From contig NC_086377.1 in assembly GCF_036588685.1 (NCBI RefSeq), positions 5,084,001 to 5,148,000 on the forward strand: a stretch of 64,000 nt of DNA. The letters are read 5' to 3'. Shown here piece by piece: positions 14,099-27,013 of this stretch. How positions within the stretch are numbered: the first letter of the stretch is position 1; each line of letters begins with the position of its first letter. Position numbers and translations under genes: made by a program. Origin of the DNA: Mytilus trossulus. Its lineage: Eukaryota. The notes below the pieces were generated by a model. That model did no database searches. It saw nothing but the letters and a program-made list of their open reading frames with translations, and was not told the origin of the DNA.

Positions 14099-17000
14099 CT
14101 GTAAATAAACAGTGTTTTGTTTCTAAAAATAAAAGACAGAATTCTTAGCTACCAAAAAAATTTCACATGCAACATTTGTGCAAAGCATAATATATAAAAT
14201 AGCAAACATTTCTTTGATAAAACAGTTCTACCTTAAAACACAGAACTCTGGTCCATAATTAATAAAAATCTTATCCATAATCTAATAAATAGATGAGGCC
14301 TTACAGAATGTAATCAACATCATGACAAAACATTCATTAGAAAGAATTGTGGACATAAAATGTGCAAGCCCTAATACAACTGCATACCAAATATCATTGA
14401 CCTGTCACTAATAGACACCCTATAAACTGACCTAGTTACAAACATCAGTAATATCCTCCAGTAGAAACTGACGCCAAAGACAGAAAGATAGTCTCACTTT
14501 ATAGGACTTTGTCCATGCTACAAAAGGAAGTGGTAATTCATTTGCAGAAGGAAGAAAAAAAATGACCTTGTTTTATTAAAAATCTTTTATTCTGTAATAA
14601 CCAAATATACAATGCATCAACAACCAGAGATTATAAAAAGTATCTTGGGACTGTACACTGAAATGTCCTGGACTAAATGAGGGATTGGTGTATCCAGTCC
14701 CAGCCACTCTCCCTTTAGACAAGTACCTACAACAGAAAGATAGTAAGGCCTAAAATAAAATATTAAAAAAGAAGATGTGGTATGATTGCCAAATGAGACA
14801 ATTATCCACAAAAGACCAAAATGACACAGACATTAACAACTATAGGTCACTGTACGGCCTTCAACAACGAGCAAAGCCCATACAGCAGATTGTTTGTTTC
14901 CTCAATCCCAACCAACCCTGCAAAAACAGTGTTGACTCATAAAATTTTATAGTCTAAACTATATCAAATATTATTTTATTCAATTCTGATTTTCAGGTTT
15001 GCCTGATCTACCCATATTGTTAAAGCTGTTTGAAAAAAATAAAATTATTTCCCTACCTACACCTTCCACATCTTGCTTGGCAGGGTTGTGATTTGAGGAA
15101 AAAAAACAATATATCAATTTAGGCCTAAATGAAAGGTTGGTGTATCATATAGATATAAGAAGATGTGGTATGAGTACCAATGAGACATCTCTCAATCCAA
15201 ATTACAATTTATAAAATTAAATCATCATAGGTCAAAGTACGGTCTTCCCAGGTAGCCTTGGCTCATATCTAAGCTATAAATGGCCCCAAAAAGACTGGTG
15301 TAAAAAAATTCAAACAGGAAAACCAATGGTCTAACCTCAAATGAAGAAAAAAACAAACACTTATCAACAAATGACAACTACTGAACGTCAGATTCCTGAC
15401 TAATGACAGGCACATACTATATGTCATCTATATCAAGATACCTTGACTGCTGAACTGACAATTACTGAATTTTAAGTTAAAGGTCTTTCAGACAAAGGTA
15501 CTACTACAGGTACCACATTAACTTAACATTATTAATGATCCATGAAAACGAGTGCAAGGTAATAAGAAACCTGCCTATGGGACATGTACGCCTTATAATA
15601 ATCGATTAACCAAATTTAGCTTACATATTGCGCATTTCATCTGGGGTAGTGACTTTACAAAGACAACTTAAGCATAATAAATGAATGTGGGTGACCTATT
15701 CTAGTACCTCTCATGTTCAACATCATAGTATTGAAAGTGATACATGTGGCATGAGCAGAAAGCTGTTTCCATCATTAACCTTATCAACATATTCATTTTA
15801 TCTTACCTCCTATACATTTCTGGGAATATGATTGGTTCAAAGTGTCGGCGTGGAGACTGTGTATATTCAATATTAGGTTAGTAGGGAGGCACTGAGGGCT
15901 TAATTTAATACATGGTTGGTAGTGGAGTTACAACTTTGGCACTGTTTGATTATTCAAAAGTATTAAAAGTTCTGTTTAATTTTGTCATATAAAGGTTATT
16001 GATAATAAATAGTTATGTTTGCATTATTTTTTTAGTGCAGACCAATTGAAGAAGGTTCTTAAAATTGAACACTTGAACACTTTCATATGGAAATAAGCAG
16101 ATGTGTTGTGATAGCAAATGAGACAACTCTAGTCTAAATTCAACAAATAAAGATAGTCGGTATGATAAATGTGTTACATATTGTGCTAGTCACAATGCTC
16201 TTTAACTTTATACTTAATTTTTGGCCTTTTAACAATTTTTTCTTTCAAGTGTCACTGACGAGTTTATTTGACACTTCCCAATTTCCTTTCTAAATTTTAT
16301 CACACATTAATGAGTTCTTGCTCATAACATCTATGAAAATAATCTAACAATCAAAACTTAAAACAACAAGAATGTGTCCAAATACCACTGATGTCCCACT
16401 CACATTATCATTTTCCATGTTCAATGGACCTTGAAATTGGGTAAAAAATCTCATTTCGCATAAAAACTAAAAAGATCATACCATAAGGAACATGTATACT
16501 AAGTTTCAAGTTGATTGAACTTCAGCTTCATCAAAAACTACCTTGACCAAAAACTTTAACCTGAAGCGGGACAGACTGACAAATGGACGCACTGACAGAC
16601 CAATGGACCAAAAGACCAGGAAACATAATGCCCCTCTACTATCGTAGGTTGGGCATAAAAAGTAATGAAAATGAGGTCAAGATCAGATTAAAAGATGGCC
16701 ATGTTTACCTTACAAAATACAATATAACAAACATAGTATTGACCAATTGTTATAGATAATTAGAGTTACTATAAACCAACTTATTTTCATGGATACTTAA
16801 TTTTTCTTCAAGCCCATTCTAGTCAACTTCGCAGTGACTTACTTTCCTCAATTTTTGAATTTATTTCATGTAGTTTTAAATAGGTAAAGATCCTTTATTC
16901 ACAATGATCTATATTAGCAGTTTTTGTTGAGCCTTGAATTTTGTTGAATAAGCGAAACACAGCAATATTTTATTCTGTCGTTGTTGTTGTTGAGAGACTG

Positions 17001-20000
17001 CTGCATTCCGTGGATACCTTACAATTCTTGTTTATACTAGCCAAAGGAACAAAATTAAATTGCTTGTACAATAATGTTGGTTTACAACTAATGTTTATAG
17101 TTTGTTCTAATGTTACAGATCTGTTAAAGGTCATGGGAGGATTGTGAGCCCACATTGTGCCTGTCCAATGTCAGGAGACTGTAATTCACTGTTTTAACAT
17201 ATTTATTTTTCGTTTGTTGAATTAGTTTATACATAACTGAAGCTGTTGGTTTTCTGGTTTGATAACTTTTACAATTTTTTCATGTGTGGGTCTTTTATAA
17301 ACTACTATGTTATGGGTTTTGCTCATTGTTGAAAACCATATCTTGACCTATTGTTGCCCACTTCCACATCCTTTGGTCTTTGGTGGATAGGTGTTTCATT
17401 GGAAATCATTCCATTATATAATTATTTCGTATCAGTAAAAAAAATCTTGAGATAAAATAACAATGAATTGAATGTGATTTGTTGTAAAAACAATTCTTTT
17501 TGTGTCTGATTTTGTTATTCACCTCCCTTTTCTAATGTTGACTGAGCGTTGTTATCTTAAAGCCTCAGAATCCTTTCCCCTATTCAGCATGCCAAAATTA
17601 GAATTCTGTTTTATTAGAAAATCAAAGACAACTTTTGAATGAAAAGACACCAGAAGATTGAAGCTTACAATCAACATTGGTAATATATTATAGGTCATTA
17701 CCTGTACTCGCATGTCGTTGGTGTAAAATCATCTAAAAAGGTAGAAAAACCTGGAGGTATCACAAATGGCTGGTTTCTAGGTTGTACATCATCTGAATCA
17801 GGTATATCCTCCTCCTCTAAAAGTAACAAGCTATTGACATCTAACTGCTGGTCTTTAGTGAGCTGCATAGGTTTACGTAAGTTAATGTAGATACTGGTCT
17901 CTCCTGCTGGTACATTAGGATCACCCTGTAACACAGTAAATAAAGAATGCCAAAGTTTAAATCACATTTTGCTGCAATGCCCATCTGAGTGTTGGTTGCC
18001 TTAATGTCAAATTGGTTTAAATTTCATTCTGATTCATCAGAGGTCTCTGTATCTGTTTCTGTTATGTTTGATTAAAGTCAGTTTATCTGGTTAAAGAAAG
18101 TGTACATTCTATCATCATCAACATATAATTGTTCTAAATATAATCATTTGGCAAAATTATTTAGTTTTTCGTCATGATGGTCCACCCATTATGACACTCA
18201 AACACATGCATTCTTGTTCCTGTCTCATGTTAGGAGACTCTGGCCTTTGTTAGTATTGTATGATTTTTTATTTTATTTTCTTGTGTATTATTCAGAGTTT
18301 AGGGCCTAAATTAATATATTGTTTCCCCAATCTAGACCCTGCCAAGCCAGGTGTTGGTAGGTAGGTAGGGAAATAATAGTATAACCTCCATTATTACTGA
18401 ACTAGTATAGATATTTGTTTAGGGGGCCAGCTCAAGGACGCCTCTGGGTGCAGAAGTTTCTCGTTGCATTGAAGACCTATTGGGGACATTCTGATATTCT
18501 GGGTCAGGTTGTTGTCTCTTTAACACATTCCCTATTTCCATTCTCAATTTTGTATTACATATAGATAGTATTGAAAAATTTTCTATAGTAAGAAAAGGGA
18601 AAGAATGGGCCTAAAAACATCAGGGAGTTAAGAACTTACTGTAATTTTGATAACCTCAGCTTCTTTTTTATTCATATCATATTTCAACAGGAACATTTCT
18701 ATCCCATGAGCACTGTAATGTGCTAGGAACAGACCTGGCTGTATCGGGTATACTGGGTCAGGTCTCTGGACTTCTATACGTGTCAGCCTATACTTTGGAC
18801 TGAAAGAAAAAGCAAACATGAAAAAAGACTTAAGGGGGCTGGGTATAAATCTTTTTTTTTTCTAATATAGGATTTTGCTATATTTTTTTTATAAATGAAC
18901 TTTATCATATACTTCAAAGAAAAATGAAATAAAAAGATGGAGTCACCGTTCATTTAAGCTCACAATCTGCCTCTGGAAGATTTTTGTTAATGTCCTTTTT
19001 TTCTGTTGAACTAATAGGAGAAATAGATGTAATATCGAAATAAAAAAATATAATCTAATTACAGAAATAGCTTAAATTTTACAATATTTAGTTTATGTAC
19101 AGATTATTTGAAAACAATAATAAAAAATATAGGTCACCGATGAGTTAAAAAAGATATTTCAAATTTGGTACCCAAAAATAGCATTTTTGCACCAAAGGGA
19201 GATAATTTGGAGCTTTTTCAATGATATAAACATTTTAAAAGTCATCTGGGGCCAAACGGAATCAATTTTTTGGGTTGATTTGTGTCTCATATCATAAAGA
19301 AATAACTAATAGTGTAATAAATAAAACTTGTAATGAAAAAATAAAGGTTTATTTGTTTGCTGAAATTTTTGTACCCAGGAGCCACCTTAAAAACACAATG
19401 TTTGATTTTATGACTTTGTACTTATAAGTATCTACATTAAATTCTTGGATTATTTTTTATTTCACCAAAATATCTGCTTAATTATTTGTTTTTTCATCTC
19501 TTGATAATTATTTGGTTGTGATTTCTCCTGTAACTAAATAATGGCGTCAATACTTAAAATCTCAAGCAATCACCATGTTTCACATTATCTAGCAGAAGTT
19601 ACTGCCTCTTGTGTGTATTGTATAAACCACTTACACATTCTTCATGTAGCACTCTAATCTTTTCTGATCATCTATTGTAAATGGTATAGTGTGGTTGTTA
19701 GTCTCCTTCTTAATCATGATAGATAACTCCTGTCATCAAAAAACATAAAGAATTCATCTAATCATGGTAGATAACTCCTGTCAAAATACATAAAAAAAAT
19801 CTTCTTAGTCATGGTAGAATTTTAGATACTTCCTGTTAAAATGCATAAACAAATTCTTCTTAATCATGGTATATGACTCCTGTCAAAATACGTGAAACTT
19901 CTTTTTAATCATGGTATATATAACTCCTGTCAAAACAGATGATTTTTTTTAATCATGGAAGATAACTCCTATCAAAATATGTGAAAATTTCTTATACTAG

Positions 20001-23000
20001 ATAAATTTTGTTAAAATAAATGAACATTTCTTCTTAATAAGGGCAGATAACTCCTGCTTAAATCAAGGGTCAACTTCAGTTTGTTGTTGTTTTACATGGT
20101 GCATGTCATTGCTTTATATTTTAGCTACAAACCTCCAAATTATGACTAAAACAACACTGCATAGTCAGCTATAAGGACCTCAACAAAGCTTGGCGAAAAA
20201 TAGAAAAAAAATAAAATTGAGAATGGAAATGGGGAATGTTTCAAAGAGACAACAACCCCATCAAATGAAAAAAACAACAGCAGAAGGTCATCAACAGGTG
20301 TTCAATGTAGCGAGAAATTTCCGCACCTGGGGCGTCCTTCAGCTGGCCCCATAACAAATATATACTAGTTCAGTGATAATGAACACCATACTAATTTCCA
20401 AATTGTACACAAGAAACTAAAAGTAAACTAATACAAGACTAACAAAGGCCAGAGGCTCTTGACTTGGGACAGGCGCAAAAAAAGCCTGTTTAAATTTTGT
20501 TTAGTCTGCAGATCCCATTTCCAATATATGATGGTGTTAATTAACATAAATATTAATTATTCATGTGTCTTCATCATACAGCAAGAAAAAGTTTTCCAAA
20601 TTTATATAAAAAAATTTGTGGATGTCTATAACAGAAGATTACCTAGGGCAGGATAAATACTTGAACTGGAGATATGAAAAGAATGATTAATCCGTAATTC
20701 ATTACTTTGACAAAATACTTGTATTTTTTGTCTATCTGATGAGTTTTATAGTTCGTTCTTATGTTGTACTGTTATACCACTGTCCCAGGTTAAGGGCAGG
20801 GTTGGGATCCCCCTAACATGTTTAACCCCGCCACATTTTTTATGTATGTGCCTGTCCCTAGTCAGGAGCCTGTAATTCAGTGATTTTCGTTTGTATATGT
20901 GTTACATATTTTTTTCCGTTAATTTTTTTTACATAAATAAGGCCGTTAGTTTTCTCGTTTTAATTGTTTTCCATTGTTTTATCGGGGCCTTTTATAGCTG
21001 ACTATGAGGAATAGGCTTTGCTCATTGTTGAAGGCCGTACGGTGACCTATATTTATTAATGTTTGTGTCATTTTGGTCTTTTTGTGGGTAGTTGTCTCAA
21101 TGGCAATCTTACCACATCTGCTTTTTTATAAATCAATACATATTTCTATTAATAACTTACAACAGAGGATCCCTTTGGATGAGCATGGCTTGACATCTGA
21201 CAACACTTAAATACAACATCAGATTCTTCTGTTTCCTGAAAAGTAATTAAAATAATTCCCTTTTATATTTAGTACCTCCTTTATTCCTTTAATCCTCATT
21301 TTCTTAATCAAATTACAAAGAAATAAAACAAAAAAGCATTATATTTCCATCAATAATTTTTGCGTAATTCAAAAATATAACAGGTGTGGATTTAAGTCAT
21401 TGGACAACAATGCATCACTAAAAATTGTTGTCTTCACTTTTTCCAATGCTAATATCTAAACTAGAGGCTCTAAAGAGCCTGTGTCGCTCACCTTGGTCTA
21501 TGTGCATATTAAACAAAGGACACAAATGGATTCATGACAAAATTGTATTTTGGTGATGGTGATGTGTTTGAAGTTCTTACTTTACTGAACGTTCTTGCTT
21601 CTTACAATTATATCTATAATGAACCTTGCCCATTAGTAACAGAGAAAAATATTTGGTAAAAATTGACATAAATTTACCGAATTAATGAAAATTGTTAAAA
21701 ATTGACTATAAAGGGCAATAACTCCTTAAGGGGTCAATTGACCATTTAGGTCATGTTGACTTATTTGTAGATCTTACTTTGCTGAACATTATTGCTGTTT
21801 ACAGTTTATCTCTATCTATAATAGTATTCAAGATAATAACCGAAAACGGCAAAATTTCTTTAAAAATTACCAATTGGAGGGCAGCAAGCCAACAACCGAT
21901 TGTCCAATTCATCTGAAAATTTCAGGGCAAATAGATATTGACTTGATTAACATTTTAACGTCCTGTCAGATTTGCTCTAAATGCTTTGGTTTCAGAGTTA
22001 TAAGCCAAAATCTACATTTTACCCCTGTTCTATTTTTAGCCGTGGCGTCCATCTTGGTTAAATGGCCAGGTCATCGGACACAATTTTCAAACTAGATACC
22101 CCAAAGATGATTGTGGCCTAGTTTGGATTAATTTGGCTCAGTAGTTTCAGAGAAGATTTTTGTAAAAGATTACTTAGATTTATAAAAAATGGTTAAAAAT
22201 TGACTATAAAGGGCAATAACTCCTAAAGGGGTCAACTGACCATTTCGGTCATGTTGACTTATTTGTAAATCTAACTTTGCTGAACATTATTGCTGTTTAC
22301 AGTTTATCTCTATCTATAATAATATTCAAGATAATAACCAAAAACAGCAAAATTTCCTCAAAATTACCAATTCAGGGGCAGCAACCCAACAACAGGTTGA
22401 CCGATTCATCTGAAAATTTCAGGGCAGATAGATCTTGACCTGATAAACATTTTTACCCCATGTCAGATTTCCTCTAAATGCTTTGGTTTTTGAGTTATAA
22501 GCCAAAAACTGCATTTTACCCCTATGTTCTATTTTTAGCCGTGGCAGCCATCTTGGTTGGATGACCGGGTCACGCCACACATTTTTTAAACTAGATACCC
22601 CAATGATGATTGTGGCCAAGTTTGGTTTGATTTGGCCCAGTAGTTTCAGAGGAGATTTTTGTAAAAGCTAACGCCGGACGACGGAGGACGGACGCCGGAC
22701 GCCAAGTGATGAGAAAAGCTCACTTGGCCCTTTGGGCCAGGTGAGCTAAAAATAGTATAATCTTTATGTATCTGACATATTTTCAAAGAATATGATAACA
22801 AATTTATGGTATGACACTGTTGTCATCTTCATAATCTGTGATTGCATTTGAGAACAACTATATGTTTAAGATAGTGGTTATAATATATGCATGGGAGTTT
22901 TTACACAAGGATTCCTGATTTTGATTAAAGTAATGATTCACCTATATTTCAACATAATTTTGTGCATATGTATGTGTGACTATTTTTTTTGTCAGGTGGT

Positions 23001-26000
23001 GTAGGTCGATTAAGTAGTCAAACACACCTTCCACATATGTGTGTTCTATACTTACAAACTCTATACTCCCTTGATGTGCCTCACCATATCTTTGTGTGTT
23101 CTATACTTACAAACTCTATACTCCCTTGATGTGCCTCACCATATCATTGTGTGTTCTATACTTACAAACTCTATACTCCCTTGATGTGCCTCACCATATC
23201 TTTTTGTGTTCTATACTTACAAACTCTATACTCCCTTGATGTGCCTCACCATATCTTTGTGTGTTCTATACTTACAAATTCTATACTCCCTGGATGTGCC
23301 TCACAATATCTTTGTGTGATCTATACTTACAAACTCTATACTCCCTTGATGTGCCTCACCATATCTTTGTGTGTTCTATACTTACAAATTCTATACTCCC
23401 TGGATGTGCCTCACAATATCTTTGTGTGATCTATACTTACAAACTCTATACTCCCTTGATGTGCCTCACCATATCTTTGTGTGTTCTATACCTACAAACT
23501 CTATACTCCCTTGATGTGCCTCACCATATCTCTGTGTGTTCTATACTTACAAACTCTACTCCATTGATGTGCCCCACCATATCTTTGTGTGTTCTATACT
23601 TACAAACTCTATACTCCCTTGATGTGCCTCACCATATCTTTGTGTGTTCTATACTTACAAACTCTATACTCCCTTGATGTGCCTCACCATATCTTTGTGT
23701 GTTCTATACTTACAAATTCTATACTCATTTGATGTGCCTCACCATATCTTTGTGTGTTCTATACTTACAAATACTATACTCCCTGGATGTGCCTCACAAT
23801 ACCTTTGTGTGATCTATACTTACAAACTCTATACTCCCTTGATGTGCCTCACCATATCTTTGTGTGTTCTATACTTACAAACTCTATACTCCCTTCATGT
23901 GCCTCGCCATATCTTTGTGTGTTCTATAATTACAAATTCTATTCTCCCTTGATGTGCCTCACCATATCTTTGTGTGTTCTATACTTACAAACTCTATACT
24001 CCCTTGATGTGCCTCACCATATCTTTGTGTGTTTTATACTTACAAATTCTATACTCCCTGGATGTGCCTCACCATATCCATGTAAACACAGTATCTCTGT
24101 TCGATTCTTGGACTTATTAATGCTGATACTAAACACTTTTTTAGGTCGTAATGGACCGTGAACATCTGATACATAAGGTGGTTTGTATTCTGTGGCTAAA
24201 AGTCTGCCATTGTCTACCTGTACAGAATTAAACATAAATTTATAGGGGAAAACAGGTTTTTGTAGGTACAACATTGAAACTAAACAAAATAGACAGTTAT
24301 ATGCAGTTTTTAAAGTTTAAAGCAGAATAACATATTGAAATTATTACAAGAATAATAAAGAGACATTTTCATAATTTCAATTCTTTTATTTTTAAACATG
24401 TAAATCATGTAAATTGAATATTTTACTTTTGTCATAAATCAGGTTGTTTGTTTTTTCCTTTGAATTATTTCATATTTTGATATGACTAGCTTGGTCATTA
24501 ATATCTGAATATGCAGTAGGTTTTGATCATTGGGGAAGGCTGTACATTAGCCTGTTATTGCATAAATCAACATCATTTGTTAGATAGTTGTCTTACAGCC
24601 AATTACAGGGAATCATGTGACATCTCAAGAAGAACTGGTTGATTTGCATTATGAGGTTATCTGAAGAAGTTACTCTTTATCATGAAACATACATAGCAGT
24701 CAAAAGCCACATTCAAATAATAAAACACTTAATATCTTAGCTAGAAAGTTACCAAACAAAGAAGATTTAACTAAAACCATACTTTAATTTGCATCAATCC
24801 ACCATAGGGCCTCATGTTTCTTTTCCACAACCCAAGACATCTGCCATATTTGTGAAGAACTGTAAATCAAATACACACATTTTGTTAGTTTTACATATCA
24901 GCTGTGTAGAACAGTAAATTGGTAACACACATTTGTTAGTTTACTCTGCTAGAGTGCTTGAGTTCATCAAGTGTTTGAGGGCGTAGTTAGTGATTCTCAA
25001 TTGCTGTTTTCTGTATATATGAACACATGACTACACTAGATAGAGTTAAGATGCCTTCACTGCAGTGCTTTGTGTACATTTCTGTTTAGCTTTTTTGTTT
25101 TGCTTTTTTGTTTTGATTGTCACCATGTAAATTTCTTCTGTTTCATCAATATTTTTGAAGAATGACATATTTCCACTTTTTCAATATTTCAGTAAGAGCA
25201 GGCCTGAGGAGTAGCTGCGGAACCATAGCTCTTACATGTAGGTCCTTTTGCTATTTTTTGACAATTTGCGGACCATAAAAAGGTATGTCATATCCTAGAA
25301 AAATATCTAATATCGACTAACCAATACAAATACAAGCTTTGCATTGATTATAAACAATAAATTTTGGGAAAATAAGTGCCACCTGAACCTGAGTCGCAAT
25401 TCCGAACGTTTTGAAATAGGAAAAATCCGTAGCTCTAAGATCGGCAAATAGTAAAAAAATAGCATAAGGACCTAAGAGCTACGGTTCCGTAGCTAGAGCA
25501 GGAGATGTCTGGAATTTTGTTTAACTTTGAATAGCTTGATTTTAATCTTCTTAATTATTTTTTCAGATTTGAATATCAGTTCACTGATGTCTCTTCAGTA
25601 TAAATTTCCAGTTTTTTGAAAAAAAATCTTTAAAATCTTAAAACTTACCAATGTATGTCACTGACCTTTTGTATAAATAACATAGTATGTTGTGTCCCAT
25701 TCATCCACTTTAATATCACAAACTGTAAAAAAATAACATCAACTTATTTACTTCTGTATATATTTCATTTCGTATAAAAAAGATTTTTGGTATGATTGCA
25801 AATGAGACAACATTTCACAAGAGACCTAATAACACACAAATTAAGAACTAAGGGTCACTGTACATGCTGTACAGCCTTAAACTATGAGTAAATGCCATAC
25901 CGTAAATTCAGCTATAAAAAGCCCTAAATGACAAATGTAGAAATGATTTGGGTGAAAACAACTTGACTTTGTTTAATTGTTAAATAATCAATGAAATCAA

Positions 26001-26550
26001 TATGTAACCACTTGTATGAAATTGAACTTAATTGTACTGCTCAAATTATTGGGCGTCATAATTGACAATAAAAAACTAAAGTGTTGTATTGTATTGTATC
26101 ATGTGTATCATGGTGACTAGTTTTAAATGGAGTAGGGAGTGCATGTAGAGATCCATTAACCTTCAGTGCAGATCTTTGATGCGTCTTTTTTAATTAGAAA
26201 ATTTATATAATAATTTAAATACATGTAACACCTCATTCAGCTCTTTTGTAGTTTCTGTTAAATTTATTAACAACATGATTATAGTTTGTTAAATTAAGGT
26301 TTCTGTTATTTTATTATATTGGGTGTTTGCTGTCTCAATATCCTATCCTCTTGCCTTACATTTCACATGTGCAATGATGAGGCTCTATATGTATATATCA
26401 TTTCTTACTTTGCTGACATATAATATCAGTTCTACATGTTGATCTAAGTTGTGTACAAGTCCGACTTAAACGTCCTATATCTCTGCCGGGTAAATCTTCA
26501 AGTATCCTGATGATTAGTTCTGGGGGTAAATTGGTTAAAAGTACTGTCAT
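13939..26550 (-). CDS. FBXO31: FBXO31-like F-box protein, paralog 2, 9 coding exons, ~384-387 aa
   Basis: Phase-consistent GT-AG exons: 26409-26550, 25666-25722, 24783-24859 (LHKYGRCLGLW..PYGGL), 24044-24217, 21161-21235, 19635-19729, 18640-18799 (IQPGLFLAHYSAHGIE..KIT), 17702-17925 (GDPNVPAG..QPFVIP), then terminal exon 14576-14726 or 13939-14098. Motifs match FBXO31 (KPGLFKGTYGSHG, KITGDPNIPAG, QPFVLP, GLIAG). Confidence 0.9.
14576..14726 (-). CDS. FBXO31: FBXO31-like alternative terminal exon A (proximal)
   Basis: ttctgttgtag acceptor, phase 2; open frame (R)YLSKGRVAGTGYTNPSFSPGHFSVQSQDTFYNLWLLMHCIFGYYRIKDF*; AATAAA overlaps the stop codon. Confidence 0.8.
16365..16660 (+). mobile_element. 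Short HINE-type non-autonomous element
   Basis: aacaagaatgtgtcc start, GACA/GACG microsatellite, 3' hairpin atgccc...gggcat then an A-run. Confidence 0.55.
18834..19386. mobile_element. Kolobok-like MITE in an FBXO31 intron
   Basis: TTAA at 18830-18833 and 19387-19390; imperfect TIRs gggggct-gggta / taccc-aggagccacc. Confidence 0.6.
19707..20060 (-). repeat. ~45-50-bp tandem array made from the splice acceptor and first codons of FBXO31 exon 6
   Basis: About 8 units of ttcttaatcatggtagataactcctgtcaaaata; the first unit is the real acceptor and exon start. Confidence 0.8.
20735..21128. repeat. Abundant interspersed repeat family (representative copy)
   Basis: Related copies ending in ...ccacatct(t/g)cttttt at ~258-410, 14765-14885, 47240-47710, 49785-50360, 55100-55375 and 60415-60530. 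Confidence 0.7.
21459..22750 (+). mobile_element. HINE-type non-autonomous Helitron-like element with two ~500-bp core repeats
   Basis: ctagaggctctaaagagcc 5' palindrome, duplicated core (~21700-22200 and ~22200-22670), GACG microsatellite, 3' hairpin agctcacttggcc..ggccaggtgagct. Confidence 0.7.
23037..24078 (-). repeat. 55-bp minisatellite (~19 units) made from the 3' end and splice donor of FBXO31 exon 4
   Basis: Unit gtgttctatacttacaaactctatactcccttgatgtgcctcaccatatctttgt; minus strand reads ...GAGTTT|GTAAGT in each unit. Confidence 0.95.
25212..25495. mobile_element. MITE, Academ-like termini
   Basis: TIRs tagctgcggaaccatagctctta / taagagctacggttccgtagcta; 3-bp TSD GAG; TAG..CTA ends. 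Confidence 0.6.
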
Positions 26551-26871
26551 ACTGACCCCCAAATGTCATTATTTATCTAATTCACAGATGTCCTCATTCA
26601 TTATCTGAAAAAAAATATCACTGAACTAGTATATATATTTGTTTAGGGGCCAGCTGAAGGATGCCTCAGTTGCAGGAATTTCTTGCTGCATTGAAGACGG
26701 GGCCTGTTGTTTACCTTCTGCTGTTGTCTGTTCTATGGTCTGGTTGTCTCTTTGACACATTCCACATTTCCATTCTCAATTTTAGAGATCAAAGTCATCA
26801 TTACAGATAAATATTTCAATAATTGGTTATCCAAAATATGCATGATATGGATATAAAACTAAAGTAGACTT

Positions 26872-27013
26872 TTAGGGGCCAGCTGAAGGACGCCTCCGGG
26901 TGCGGGAATTTCTTGCTACATTGAAGACCTGTTGGTGACCTTCTGCTGTTGTTTTTTATTTGGTCTGGTTGTTGTCTCTTTGACACATTCCCCATTTCCA
27001 TTCTCAATTTTAT
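26872..27013. repeat. Second abundant interspersed repeat family (representative copy)
   Basis: gacacattccccatttccattctcaatttt tail, also at ~970-1135, 18390-18552, 20210-20480 (reverse), 26615-26785 and 52150-52295. Confidence 0.7.

Noticed and set aside
23151-24161. Several overlapping plus-strand ORFs of 92-138 aa
   Set aside because: Artefacts of the 55-bp minisatellite; the real coding strand is minus.
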